From NCBI GenBank assembly GCA_051294375.1, contig CM119266.1, forward strand, positions 4,385,866 to 4,449,865: a stretch of 64,000 bases of DNA, read 5' to 3'. This DNA is from Paraspadella gotoi (Eukaryota > Animalia > Chaetognatha). Of this stretch, positions 39,817 to 53,645 are shown one piece after another (the first letter of the stretch is position 1; every line of letters starts with the position of its first letter). A model generated the notes under the pieces. It was not told where the DNA came from. It searched no databases and was given only the letters and a program-made list of their open reading frames with translations. Both the position numbers and the translations under genes were made by a program.

Positions 39817-42668
39817 GTAAGTTCCGTCTCCTTCTCCATCTTTCTCTTCGATCGTGAAGTCGAAACTTGGACGGATCCGCGGGCTTCACCTTTTCGATGC
39901 CCGACGATATTTTTCAAGCCACTCAGGCCGAGAAGACCATTGCGAAGGACAACCACTCCGTCGCGCTGACAATATTGGGGAGTTTTTTTTTTTTATGATG
40001 GTGCCGATGCCTGGACTCGCTCGTTTTAGGTTTGAATGCGTTTTCGAAGCAGCAGGACTTGTATCATTGCCGTTACGGTGGATCACAAAAGCCTTACGAG
40101 CTCCCCGGCCAATGTGCGGGATCTTTGCAAAACACACCCCATAACACCATAACACCTGAACACCATTACCTAACTTCTAAAAGTCTGAAATACTGTTACT
40201 TAAAGCGTGAATCCTTGAACTGTGTCAATTAGGTCGAGGACTCAACTTCAATTGGAGACTAAACAGAGCAAAAACGTAGAGTCCTACCTGATATTGTCCC
40301 TTGAGATCGCTCGCTTGTCTCATTTTTATCTTCCCATTGAATTTGATTCCATAGTTTAATATTATTAGATTTTTTATGTCCACTTTTTATCAGGTGAAGT
40401 CAAAAAACCAGTTCATTCGGTCTTTTTCGCTCACTGACTTTCGGAATTGAATCTTGAAGAACTGACTGAGGACACAGTGAGAGAGACGGAGAGAGAGGAA
40501 GGAGGCAGACAGAGGAGAGAAGAGAAGAGAAGAAGAGAGAGAGAGAGACGAGGACGAGAGAGAGAAAGAGATCAGAGAGAAGACAGAGAGAGCAGATTGA
40601 GAGAGAGAGAGGAGAGAGAGAGAGGAAGACAAGTTGCCGAAGGTCACAATGCGAATGAGATCGTTTAATTAATTATCTCGATTTTTAAATAGCATGAAAT
40701 TCAGAAGCCTTCTCACCTTTTTCCAAATGTTTGTCCGCGAGTTGATAACCTTTTTTAAAGCTCACGCAATCTCGGTCCTATTTTCGAAACTTTTGAAAAC
40801 TTGCGGTGAATGGAGTACTTGAGGTTCTCTTCGAGCCAAATTTTATTTGTGGTTGTCTTTAATAGTTGAAGCCTTCTTACTTTTGATATTATCCAAATCT
40901 ATATTTTATTTAATTCTTCATTCAGAATCTTTAAAATTGAAATAAAAAGAACAAACAAAAAATACTCTTTTTTCAATTTTCTTCCTTTCTTCAATCCTAG
41001 GCCCTCATGACAATTAGCGCAATGGTTAAAACAATTTACAAATGCTGAAAAATCCTTCTGTGGAGGAGAGAAAGTAATAGAAATCCGTCAAAAAGTTAAA
41101 TTAACTTGTTTATAAACGTTAAGCGTGAATCTGGCTAATCGAATATTGGTTTTATTGGCTGGCAATGGCAAGGAATGTGCTAATCAACTACTTTATCGAT
41201 TCTTGTGTCTAGAAAATTATATGAAAGTCAGTGACCGCCACGCGGAAACCTCATCTGCGCGCAACAGCGAGAGAGAGAGAGAAGGAGAGAATAGAGAGAG
41301 AGAGAGCCACGAGAGAGAGAGACGAGGAGGAGAGAGAAGAGACGAGATGAAGTAGAGAGAGAGGACCATCTGCTCTGCTTTGTCCGACTCAACGCTCAAG
41401 GGTAACTGTTGAGTCGAGTTTTCAAAATCCCCCAAAAAGCCATACCTGTCCCAACATTCTTCTTGTCTAAGCCACGGATTTTTGTAACTTTTGTCGATCG
41501 GACAAATACAAAAATACAGAAAAACAGAAACGAGCAGCTAAAACTCTCAAACTCAAGAAATCTAAGAGGGATGCAAAACATTGGTGAGGTAAGAATTTAA
41601 TGTTCAAAAGGGGAAAACAGATTTTTGGTCTACAAAAGTTTTTCATGTAATTTCTAATTAACCCCGTTTTTGTTCAAAACGAAACAATGTAATATTTCTA
41701 TGAATATAAACATATTCTTTAAAGTACCATTATTTTAACATTCATTTGAACTTTTTATTAATCAAATTCTTTTCTGACCTGATTCCATGAAAAAATTTTA
41801 CCAACGGAACTTTGTTTTTATTATCGTCACTTTCCGCCATCTATTCGTTTTTAGGTGATGTTTTGGTTTATTACGAAAGGAGAAAGGCATCGCAAGCTGG
41901 TACGATTTGAAAGTTAAACGTATGAAGCGGTGAATTGACGCAGGATGACAAGTCACCATTGTCTTTTCCCAAGATCACTCCAACGCCCCCCCGAAAAATG
42001 GAGAGAGGTGCGTGAAGCATTTTGTGGGGGATAATCTCTTCAAATCTTAACTGTCGATTCTCGTCCCCTGCGATCGACTTTTTTTAAATTGTAGAATTAA
42101 AATTCATCAATTTTATAAATTTTCATTTGCGTTTAAACTTTCGCTAAATATTTATTACATGAATATTCATTGGAATGTATTCTGATTTCGAACAATTACA
42201 TTACTTATGTATCCACTCGTGAACATTGAACAAAGTAAAAAAAATGCTTCGTTTTATTATAAGTCTATTCCGTCCGCATTTTTATCACTCAATCTCGTTG
42301 CACTGATCGAAGTTTATTAATGCCTGAACATTCTGATCTGACTGTAAAAATAATTGTCTTCATCTTATGTAACATACATGTCAGTTATTACGCGTGTTTT
42401 TGGCTTTTCTTGCTATCATGTAACATCGCTATCATTGCATTTCATATTCGACTGAAATAAATATTAAAGCACAGCAAAATTTAAATATGTAATTCTTTGT
42501 AATCTATTTGTAAAATAATAATACAAATAAAAAACCTCAACACACAAAAGCAAAAAAATACTCACACGAGTAATTTTTTCAATATGAAAAAAATAGGGAA
42601 AATATTGGCAAGAGGTTAAAGAGCGTTAAAAAAAAATATGTCTAAACAGATAAAAAAGTAGAATTCAC

Positions 42669-43366
42669 CAGATTTTTCGCCTCGGGCCTTCTTGACATCC
42701 GACGCCCAAGTCGGACCTTCCAGCGTTTAAACTCTTCCGCTTCGCTTCCCGCTTCCGCGACCGCTTCCAACGCGTTCGCTCCTCCTTTGTCGATGAAGAT
42801 CTCGACGTTCTCCTCAGAAACGTCCGCTCGCGTCAGCGCGGCATTCAGGGAGCTTCTTTCCTCCTCTCCCCGCCTTCGCGTTTCTTCCGCCGCTCCTCCA
42901 GCAGCCAGCGCCCACCCAGCTACCAGCAGCCGCGAATCCTCCCTGCGCCGCGCCCTTCGATCCGCGCCTCCTAGTTCTCCGACGCGATCGGCTGATACGA
43001 TACGGAGCGCCGGTGACGAATCCCGCGGAAAATAGCGCCCGCCCTGATTCTGATATATAGGAATGAAGTGATGCGTGTTGAGATGAAGAATGGGAACCGG
43101 CCGGCGATGAAAACCTTGAAAAGAAAGAATTTCTAATCAGAAGAAGGAGAGAGGGGTAAAAGGCGCTTTAAAAATAAAAGAACTGACCTTAAACATGGAC
43201 CAGGCGCATCGGTGCTGAAAAACAGTCGTCGTCATCGTGTAAAACGTTGACGTCAGCATGAGTAGTTAGAAGATTGTCGACGAAGAATGAGAGCGGGGTC
43301 GAGTTGACGGAAATTTATTGGTTCGTTGTCGTTGTTGTTCGTGGAAACATTTTTGTTTGGGAGTAT
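42669..43366 (-). CDS. Two candidate exons (43188-43366 and 42669-43114) of an unidentified compact gene
   Basis: Introns 43367-43411 (gtaagt..cag, 45 bp) and 43115-43187 (gtcagt..ttcttttcaag, 73 bp). Exon 42669-43114 is open for 148 codons (GFHRRPVPILHLNTHHFIPIYQNQGG...EENVEIFIDKGGANALE...EAKNL) and ends at donor gtgaat. The upstream exon needs an indel correction to stay in frame. Confidence 0.6.
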
Positions 43367-44606
43367 CTGCGCGCCGAGTTGCAATTCAACTTTTCTCGCT
43401 ATTGCACTTACTGTGGATGAATAACACATAAATTGACTGATTTTGCTGATCAATACTCTGACAGTTATTTACTTTAACACCATTTTTACCCACTTATGAA
43501 CCAATGCACAAAGTTATATTCAAATTACATTCAAATTATATTCATATTAATTAATCACGAAATCTCATGTGAACATTTAATCTATATACCGCGTTCACGA
43601 TGGCCAAGTAAACAATTTTCATTGTGTACTACCTTTGACTAGTGAACTTTGGAGACCGCAGAGCTCACATGTAGGAGGGATGTAGAATCAATGTGGATAC
43701 AATGGAAACTTCCAGTAAACATTATCTTTCAACAATCTGGTCATGCTGTGTCCCTTTGCACTGTCGTCGTGTTATACGTGTCATGTGCTTGGGCGGATCT
43801 GTTACTTAAATGGGAATTGAGCTGAAAAAAAAAAACAATCTAAAACTCTTTAAGGAAAACTAAAGTCTACAATACAGATCCCCTAGCTTACCCACGCATC
43901 TCTTTCGGAGTATGAAAGCGCAACTTGATGATGCATCAGACTGTTAACCACTATAATTAATTCGCGCCAATACACGCGTAATATACCCTTAACACAAAAT
44001 TTCAAGGCTACACATTGACATTTTCTTCCGTAAAAAGACGAAAGAATGCGTATTTGTGAACGAATGAAAAAAACCCATGATAAACTCTACTTCCAAAGGC
44101 ATTCGCAATTCTTGAATTCGAATTATATTCACAATTGTCAGGATGGTCTTAAGTTCTCGACGAGCAGTCTCGACTTTTTGCCGTACCTGCGCATTAATTG
44201 AAATGATATACTATAATCTGTATTTATTAAATTAATTAATAATTAAGTCAAACGAACCGGTATGGTGAAGATGTGAATGCGCAATTGACGACGACGTTAA
44301 ACCGAAAAACGATGTGCGACTACTACTCTTGCGAAGCGACGGGTGCAGCCTTGTTTCCTCCTTAGAAGACAAGAAAAGAGAGGTAGAGAGAGAGAGAGAG
44401 ACCGAGAAAGAGACGAGAGAGAGACTCGGAGCAGAGACAGTGAGAGCAGAGAGATAGAGAGCTGAGAGAGAGAGAGAAGGGGAAGATGTAGACAGAGGCC
44501 AATAAAACTAACAAAAAATCGAAAATACCCACATTGAAACTACCGACCGAGTTTGACCAAACAAGAACAATAGACATAACAAAGGATGAAATTGCCTCCT
44601 TTTTAG

Positions 44607-44768
44607 TTTTATCGCTTCCATCTATCTCGACTGACTGCTACAGGGCATTGAACAACGACGACGAGACGTTCCAGCGTCACGCCGTCGTCACCAAGCCAGA
44701 TGGCGGTCATCGTGCACCTTTTTGGCTTCACGAACATGAAGGCGGCGCCAGGATGGTCGGGAAGTTAA
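44607..44768 (+). CDS. Candidate 162-bp symmetric (phase 1-1) exon VLSLPSISTDCYRALNNDDETFQRHAVVTKPDGGHRAPFWLHEHEGGARMVGKL
   Basis: cctcctttttag| acceptor, |gtaagt donor, open frame, raised GC. Confidence 0.5.
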
Positions 44769-45323
44769 GTAAGTTCTGGAAATCCGACAGCGAGAGTAAG
44801 ATCAACTTACTGGCGAATTCGGAATCCTATATATGTACTATGTAGCGTATGATAAATGGCGAAAAAAGTTGCTAGTTTTTCTAATTTCATGGGATTAAAA
44901 TGTTTCTACACAAAATATCTTCAATTGTCCATAACTAAAAGTTAAGATAACTTTAAATCGGGATGCAGGGATCAAGCGCAGGTCCCAACTGACCTCCAAA
45001 AACCGGTATCTGATATGTCGGGCACAAAAAGCCAACGAGTTTTTGTTAACAGAATACCAAAATCGATAAAGAAAGACAGAAGAGGATTCTTTATTCGCAA
45101 TGAGAGTTTACCGATATAACTCTCCCCGATCTGGTACTCAAAATACGGTAAAGAAGTATAAAAGTCTTTTCTCATCTCCTCTCATCAAAAAAATCGTTCA
45201 CTGAAATTCCAACACAAAAATATTTAAAAGGACGAGAGAAGGAAAAGCAAAATGCAGACTACTTCTCGCGTCAATAGTCGTTTTATGTAGCGGAACACTG
45301 AGGGCCCGAACGTACCAGTCTAG

Positions 45324-46217
45324 TTGCGGCACCACCCGCTCGCATTCCTCGACCTCTCGTCAAAGCCTTTCGCTACAACGTCCGATTACCCGGCCAGCGT
45401 TCACTACGTCTCTCAGAAGATGGCGCCTGGCGGAAGATGGCCGAAGTTTGACGCCGACGTCTCTGAAGCGATCGCTGCTGGAAAGGCGCCACGTCTGTCT
45501 GCTGTCATGGTCAACAAGCTTCCGGGTCGACCTGCCTCGTGGCCTACGGTTCCACGCCTCGACTTTGATCGTCGCATTCCGGCTTTGCGAACCCTCTCGC
45601 TTTCTTACCGGAAGCTGGGCACGTTCGCCGCTGTGTCCGGTCACCCCGCTGTCACCGCGTAAACACGTCCGGTAGCTCGTCTACGCGACGCAACGGCTCG
45701 ATCGGCTTCAAATCCCGCAGCGCCGTCACATCAGCCGCGACGCGCCCGACGCCCCGCGGAGTTACATGGACGTACGTCTGCGCACGACTATCGCTTCGTC
45801 CGGTCGGCCCTCACGTTGAAAAACTTTACTCGGCGATTCCACGACAAAATTGCAACGCCGTTGCCAGGATCGCGCCCGCCACATGGTGACGCGATTTGGA
45901 CATCGCCAACAGGATGTGGTCCCTTACTTCGTCCAAACACTCGACTCACGGTCGGTTGGCGATCCCTCAAGTTCTGCTGTCCGTCCGAGACGGACGTGGG
46001 TTCCCATAACCATCTCTTCTTTTCCCGACTCGTATATCGGTTCGCCCAGGTCGCGTTTTGAACGACGAGGCACAACCTTTTTCGATGGGCGGAACGCCGC
46101 TATATGTGTTACGGTCACGGCTATCGCGCTACGGTCACATGGCCGGGATTCTCGTCTCTCAGTTTTCGCGCGACGAACGGCGCGAGTCTAGCGCCTTTAA
46201 GTTGGCGCCCGGCAAAC
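45324..46217 (+). CDS. GC-rich coding-like block with frameshifts; possible leucine-rich-repeat protein exon
   Basis: gtctag| at the start and gtacgt/gtaaga at the end. Contains a 112-aa open stretch with IPALRTLSLSY; later fragments read PHVEKLYS and RDLDIAN. Confidence 0.35.
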
Positions 46218-49200
46218 GTACGTAAGAGCACGTCACGCCGCCCCTTTCGAGACTAGTGAGAGAATTTCCTGATGCATTGGACCGAACCCGATCTTTCGCA
46301 ACAATTTGAAAATATACATGCAAATCGACAGGTGGAATTTGAGGTAAACTCTGAAAGCGACTTAGTGAGGGGGAAGATCAAAACTTCCTATATATTCCGA
46401 ACATTAAAAAAATATAAGAACTTAAAAAACATTGTTGTATATCTGAAACTCACCGACTCGAAGCCTTGAATATACGGTGAAGTTTAGTCGCACTTCCATT
46501 CGAGAATTGTTCCCGCTCTCTGACTCTGCGGTTTCCTTTTCAAAATACGTTCCTGAAATCGACTCCTCTTCGAACGATCTTGCAAACATTCTACCGTGGT
46601 ATCATTGTTGTTTTATGCTCCTCACTTCTCACATTTTATAAACATACTATGCAACAAACTACACTAAAGGACATTTTCATAATCTCACTACTTTCAGCTA
46701 TGTCTAATCAATAATACTATCGTTCTTTGCCCTGAATGTCACATACCTTCATTTTTTTAAAATATTTTTTAAGTAAAATAAAGATTACAAGCAAATGAAC
46801 ATTGGCCTTTTAGGCTCGCGTTTGCCGTCTTTTCTTTAAACAAAGAGTTTGTCAAGCTGTTATACATGTATACTTACTTTCCTCTCGCGAGAGTTTTGAC
46901 GTCGAGAAAAAAAGTTCTTCTGTCCACATTGTCCCAGCGCCAGTCACAACAGCTTCCAAAAATTATTCGAAAAAAACGCCATAAGCTAAAGGATTTCGAA
47001 ATTACATACATTACACACATTAACGTATATTCTAAGAACCCAGCAAGAAACTATCATAACTCCTTAATATATAAATATATATATATACTCTGTTTGCTGT
47101 AGTTGGGTTATAATCAAGGATCTTCCTAAACATCTTCGAAGAGTCGAACTTCTGCGTCTATTAGGACATGTATTCCTCACGCATCGAGAGGTTCCCCCAC
47201 ATTCTCCCACCGCCACAACTATAACCCAGGCCCATAGCTGAATCAAAAGCACATTCCGTAGACGTCTCTCCTCACGGCTTGGCCGTCTCATGACGACGAC
47301 GCAACGATTCGTTGGCCCGACCCCGACGCCACGACGCATGAAGACGTACAACAGCCTGAAAAGAAGGAGCCCCCACGGCGTGTTGGATCCCTCTCCCCCG
47401 ACAGGCCCAGATCTGTCGTTCGACTAAAGACACCCATCCCTGACACACCCCCACCACTTTGTGCACTTACATACACCATCCACCTGCGTCGGAGGGTCAT
47501 GGCCGCGCTATTGTTGTCCGTGTTAGGAGATTTGGATTTTGAACTCACACCGTCCCCGCGGCTTGGAATAATTTAGACTGCAGGGCAACATTTACGTTGT
47601 TTATAAGGCGGTACCGGATTTCTTCTTAGTATTTTTGTCGCTCGATTCAATTCGATTTTCTTTTGGTTGTCCGGTACTTGAATCGACCCGATACTTGCAG
47701 ATCACAATTTTAAATCGAACTCGTCATCGGCTCAATTCGCTAACGTCGTTAAATACTTTGTCGTTCCGTTCTCGATCAATTTTATAAAAATATCTCCCGA
47801 CAGGTTGTTCCATTTGAAATACACTAAGTGAGCAATTCAAAAATTTGGGTATGTCAGTATATAGATCCTAAAAATTTACGTTCTTCGTTACTACCCGTTT
47901 TTTCTTATTGACCGATTAAACCGCGGGCCCACCTGCGTACTGTTAGTTTCGCATTATCGACCCCCACTGACAAGTCTGTTTTTACTAAAAAATGTCATCT
48001 AAAGGAAGAAAAAATATAATATTATACGGAGTGAAAGAAAAATCTGAAATAAATATTGGAAAATACCAATTAAAAAAATAATATATTCAAAACTATTGAC
48101 CGTACAGTTGGTATTAGGAAATAAAAATAAATAGTATAGAAACAATGGAGAAAATTACCCAGAAAAAACAAGCAGTATATACCACTTGCACCACAAATCA
48201 AGTAAAATGATTCTACCCAAAATTTGCGATTGTGAGGTTAAAATCTTAACTATTAGTCAATAGTCACATTACCTATAATTAGCTTACGTATTTAGGAAAA
48301 TTATTCTTTTACATAAATCATTATATAACAAATATTTTGATAAATTCTTAGATGATAATGACAACAATGTGCTTTTTAATTTGTACTAGTGGACTAAAAC
48401 TTGAACGATTCTGTCACTAACAATAACAATTATCACTGTTTCTCAGACACTATGAAGTTGCAAACATTACTTGTTCACTTCTTTACTTTTTATTTTAGAT
48501 TAAAATAACTATATTTTATGATTTATATAGCGAATATTGTAAAGTTAAATATTTTAAATATAATATCTATTTATCTGTTTGGATAGGAACGTTAGTGTTT
48601 ATCTCGGAAATATAGTGATTCAACACATCAAGGTTATAGAACTTTTGATATTGTTTACTAATCACTTTTAAACGGTTTATAACCATCACGTTTAGTAATA
48701 GGTAATGACAAGACTCATATTTGACAAATTAATCATTCCCAGAAATATTTTTCAATCGAACCAGAAAATAAAAAAAATATACAGCATTATAAAACAGAAA
48801 ATCCCCAAATACACAAATGCTGACCACTTTTGAATTATCGCAAAGGAAAAAATAAACTATTTAAGCCCGGTTCGCGGTCTGCTTCTAAGTTACGTTTCTG
48901 CATTCGAAATTCTTTCTTCTTTCATATTCTCTTTAATCATCTCTTTAGACTTACTGGCGCCGCCCAAAGTCCACATGATGGGTGCCCGGAGGAAAATGAA
49001 AAACACGATCACAAAAAACAAACTAAGCAAGCCTCTAAAAACTCAATGTATTCTTCATAACATAATCAGCGAATTGATCAGAGAACTACATCTGCAGAGG
49101 TCAATGTTTTACGATTCCTGGAAGATTCAACATCTCGTACGACCAAAAACTGCGCGATAATGATCTTCGAATCTTTCCAGTTTGACTAGTGTTCGTTATC

Positions 49201-49258
49201 AGCGGATTTGGGTCATACATACGGGCACCGTTGGTTGATTCAGTTGGTTAACACGAAT

Positions 49259-50501
49259 TTAACGAATCAAACATCCGAGCACTGATCTGGAAATCCAGAG
49301 TTTGATCGGACGATTCTCTTCTTCGTACTGTTTTCGCCGACGCGGTGAGGCCGACGACGCCCCGGCCGTCGACGAGTCCCGCGAGACCGAAAACTTCTTC
49401 TTCGTCGAGTGTCCCCGCCGTTTGCCTTCCAGAGCAGAAGGCCGTGCGTCCCACGGCATCGTCATCCGAACAAGCGGGCGAAACCCGCTCGACGAAGAAG
49501 GTCGCATCAAAATGAGCAAACTCTTGGCGGAAAGAGTCGGCCGCTGATATGTAGAGAAGAAGTGATGGGTGATAGAAGGATGGAAAGAAAGGGCGGCCGC
49601 TACGAAGCCTTGGATGAGAGGGAACGACGAAATGGAAATGCATATAGATTTGACTGATGAAATACAGAGGACAAAAGTAAAGGCTTTATTTAGCATGATC
49701 GAATAAAAGAAGAAAACCAAATGGAAAAGTTTAAAGTTAAAGCGAAAGTACGCATCGTAGTAAATTCTTTTTTCATCTCTCTTTTATTTTTCTTTCGCTT
49801 TTTTCATAAATCTCTTCTACCGCTCTCTCTGCTTTTTACGTTGATTCCACCCTGTTCTATTCTTTCTATTCCTTCTCTTCCCTTTTATCCCTTTCATTCC
49901 TTTCTCTTCCCTTTCTTTCCTTTCTTCATTCCCTTCTATTACCCTTTCTCTTCCCCTTCTATTCCCTTTCACTCCTTTCTATTCTCCATCCATTTATTTG
50001 TTTTATCGCCCACTTTGATACTAATCATTTAATCAAAAACCAGTTCTCCGCCAGAAGAACAAGGACAAACAACAATATGAATAACAATTTCAGTGCGGGT
50101 CTGATTTAAGTTAAAGAGATTATAGCGTACATCTTTCGAAGAATAAAAAATCCTACGTACTTTAAAGCTATTTCGTTTTTAACAAGATTCCGCAATTTAT
50201 ACCAGTTTTCCTACAATTTGACCTTGTATAATGACAAGACGCAGTCGACGCCTCATTCTCTTGCACCGGTCCGTTTTCGGCGAACCAGGCGTCTGTTGAG
50301 GATTGGGAATGGGGAAGAGACGAGATGATGATGATGATGATGATATGATGATAATGAAGGAGTGTCGATCCCGGTCGATACCGACGGATAGAAACCTGCT
50401 CGTCTGTGTAGAGCTTCATGATAACGAAACATCCGAGTGGGTGTGTCCGTGTTGAGAAGGAGAGAATCGCGCTCTGTCCGACACTTGCGCTCCGAGCATT
50501 T
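49259..50501 (-). CDS. Two candidate exons (50223-50501 and ~49259-49543) of an unidentified gene
   Basis: Acceptors tttatttacag| (50502) and ctctacatatcag| (49544); donor caag|gtcaaa (50222). The spliced junction can read ...KRMRRRLRLVIIQ/AADSFRQEFAHFDATFF. These are GC-rich blocks within AT-rich DNA. Confidence 0.4.
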
Positions 50502-53189
50502 CTGTAAATAAATTTAACAAATTAAAGTTGAATTCTTAATACAAGGAAATTTTCCGTTTTGGGATAACAGGAACTAGTAATATTTTTTTTTTTCCAAAAA
50601 CGAATGTCCTTTTGGGTTATGAAAAAAATGTGTTCCTTATTGCGATAAGAGACCTCGATGAGAGAGAGATCCATGATGCGAGAGAGAGGGAGCGAGAAGA
50701 GACGCCGGCCGGAAAGCACAGTGTGCGGGTGATTGTAAAGGAGTACCCACTGTGAGGAGGAGGTATGGAAAAAGAAAGGGGAAGAGAGAGAGAGTGAGGA
50801 GAGAGAGAGGAAGAAGAGAGCTTTGATTTTATGGTCTTCCCTTCTTTTTAACTTTTTGTGTTTTTTATAGAGAAAAAAAAATATTTCCGCCACCTGGCCC
50901 CCCCAAAAAAAAGAACATGTTTCTGNNNNNNNNNNNNNNNNNNNNNNNNNGAGCGTCGATTAGCGGAGGCAACAATTAAAGAAGGAAGGACGATTTAAAA
51001 AAAAAAGAAAGATAAAAAGAAAGAAATAAAAAAGAAAGAAAGAACTAAACTTAAACAAAAAAAAACTTTAACGGAAGAGAAGCTAATTAACTGACGAGTT
51101 CCTTCGTTATTCCAAACTCCGTTAGGACATTCGGAAAAAAATAGCAGATATATGCTTAATAATAATAATCTTTTTTATTTTTTAACCAAAACGTATAAAA
51201 TTTTTTTGATTTGCCTAATATATAATGCGATGGTCTTTCATCTAATTTAAATTCATAAAAAATATAGTACATACTATTTTTTATTAAGCAAAATTGAAAA
51301 AAAATATTAGTTTTTATTATATTTTTTTTCAAAACCATTTTTCCAAAACCAAAAAATAACCATTGGATGCATTTAATTTTAGATGTTAATTTTTTCCCGA
51401 TAATTCAAGCACCGTGCCGAGTCCATCCCCGAATAACGAAATTCGGTGTTTCCAGTCAAATTAGCAGAAAAATCGATTTGTTATGAAAAAAACTTGGATA
51501 TCAACGGGAAAGAGAATTACACAAACGATCCTTTTGTATCAAAGATGGAGAGAGAGAGANNNNNNNNNNNNNNNNNNNNNNNNNNNNNNNNNNNNNNNNN
51601 NNNNNNNNNNNNNNNNNNNNNNNNNNNNNNNNNNNNNNNNNNNNNNNNNNNNNNNNNNNNNNNNNNNNNNNNNNNNNNNNNNNNNNNNNNNNNNNNNNNN
51701 NNNNNNNNNNNNNNNNNNNNNNNNNNNNNNNNNNNNNNNNNNNNNNNNNNNNNNNNNNNNNNNNNNNNNNNNNNNNNNNNNNNNNNNNTCTCTCTCTCTC
51801 TCTCTCTCTCTGTTTCCGAGACTTCCGCCGCTATTTGTTTACGGTCTACCCTTTTTCAAATATTTTTTACCCTTTTCCCTCATTTTTCTTTTTCCCTTTT
51901 TATTTTCTTTTATTTTCTTTCTTTTTGCTTTTCTTTTCTTTCTTTTCAGCCCATNNNNNNNNNNNNNNNNNNNNNNNNNNNNNNNNNNNNNNNNNNNNNN
52001 NNNNNNNNNNNNNNNNNNNNNNNNNNNNNNNNNNNNNNNNNNNNNNNNAGAGGAATGACATTTGTATTTGTTTCCTCTCTCGACTTTTCTCCTTATTTTT
52101 CTTTCCTTTTTTCGCTCATAATTCGTTATTTTCCAATTTTTCCGTCAATTTTTTTCCTTTTATTTTTTTCTCTCAATTTCAGTTCCAATATTTTTCTTTG
52201 TTTTCCTTTAATGTTTTGAGTGGCGTCGCAAGGACTCGCGGAGAGCAGAGTGTCTTTTTTGGTCGGTCTGTTAATCTTTTTCTCCATTGGTTTTATATTT
52301 TTATATTTGAATATTTATAAATTACTTATTATTTAAGCTTAACCTGTGATGTACCGATTGGTGATGTACCAAGAAATGATTTTATGCAAGTTTAACACTT
52401 GCATATTGTATGTGTAATTTTGTGTATAATGTATAATTATATATTAATTGAAAAACATATTAAAAAGAATCTCTTTACAGCCTTCAAATAAATAATAAAC
52501 TATCATTTTTAAATTCTTTATGTACTCTAAATAAAAATAAAATACAAAAGTTTAAAATAAAACTCAAGAAAAATATATAAATAATGTTCTAATCAATGCG
52601 ACTAATTAATTAAATGGGAATTAATTTCCCATTTTTTGTTTTTTTTAATATTTTTATTTATCTCTTTAATTACCTATCAACTTCTCATCTTTTTTCAGTT
52701 TTTCTCCCTTAATTCCATTTCATTTTTCTCTATTTTCCAAAACGACAGCGCCACGCCGTTATTCCTTTACCCCCCCCCACTCGAAAAGGATTTTTTGTCA
52801 TTGTTGTTGTCGTCGCCATCTTTGTGTCTCGTCTCGGATTACGGTTGACGCCGTCGTCGTCGTCGTCGTCGTCGTCGTAAGGGAGCAACGACTCAAGTGG
52901 ACAAAAAAGAAAACGCGTTTTTTCCTTTAATCTTTTGTTTATCGAGTATTTGTGGAGGAGGACAAAGACGACGACGACGACGACGACGATGACGACGATG
53001 ATGACCACGAAATACATCAATGAAATAAGGTAAGAACGACTAATGAATCCGGTGAAATATTTTTAATATAATAGGAACATGATACTTGAACAATGAACAT
53101 GTAACCGTGTCAACGAAGTCGACAATAGAAAAGACAACTATTATATTTCTCTTGGTCTTTACTATGACATTGTACTAATTTAAATAACA

Positions 53190-53612
53190 AGCGTGACGAC
53201 GACGACGACAACAACGACAACAACAACGACGACAACAACGACGACGACAACGACGACGACAACCACGACGACGCCTCCTCCAAAGGCGTCGACGTCAATT
53301 GAGAATTTTGGGGTCGAGATAAAAATGAGGTCGAAAATAAGAATCGAGTCGAAGTGAATGAAATTCACGGAAAGAATCGGAAAAGAGGACAAAGGTGNNN
53401 NNNNNNNNNNNNNNNNNNNNNNNNNNNNNNNNNNNNNNNNNNNNNNNNNNNNNNNNNNNNNNNNNNNNNNNNNNNNNNNNNNNNNNNNNNNNNNNNNNNN
53501 NNNNNNNNNNNNNNNNNNNNNNNNNNNNNNNNNNNNNNNNNNNNNNNNNNNNNNNNNNNNNNNNNNNNNNNNNNNNNNNNNNNNNNNNNNNNNNNNNNNN
53601 NNNNNNNNNNNN

Positions 53613-53645
<33 letters not shown>

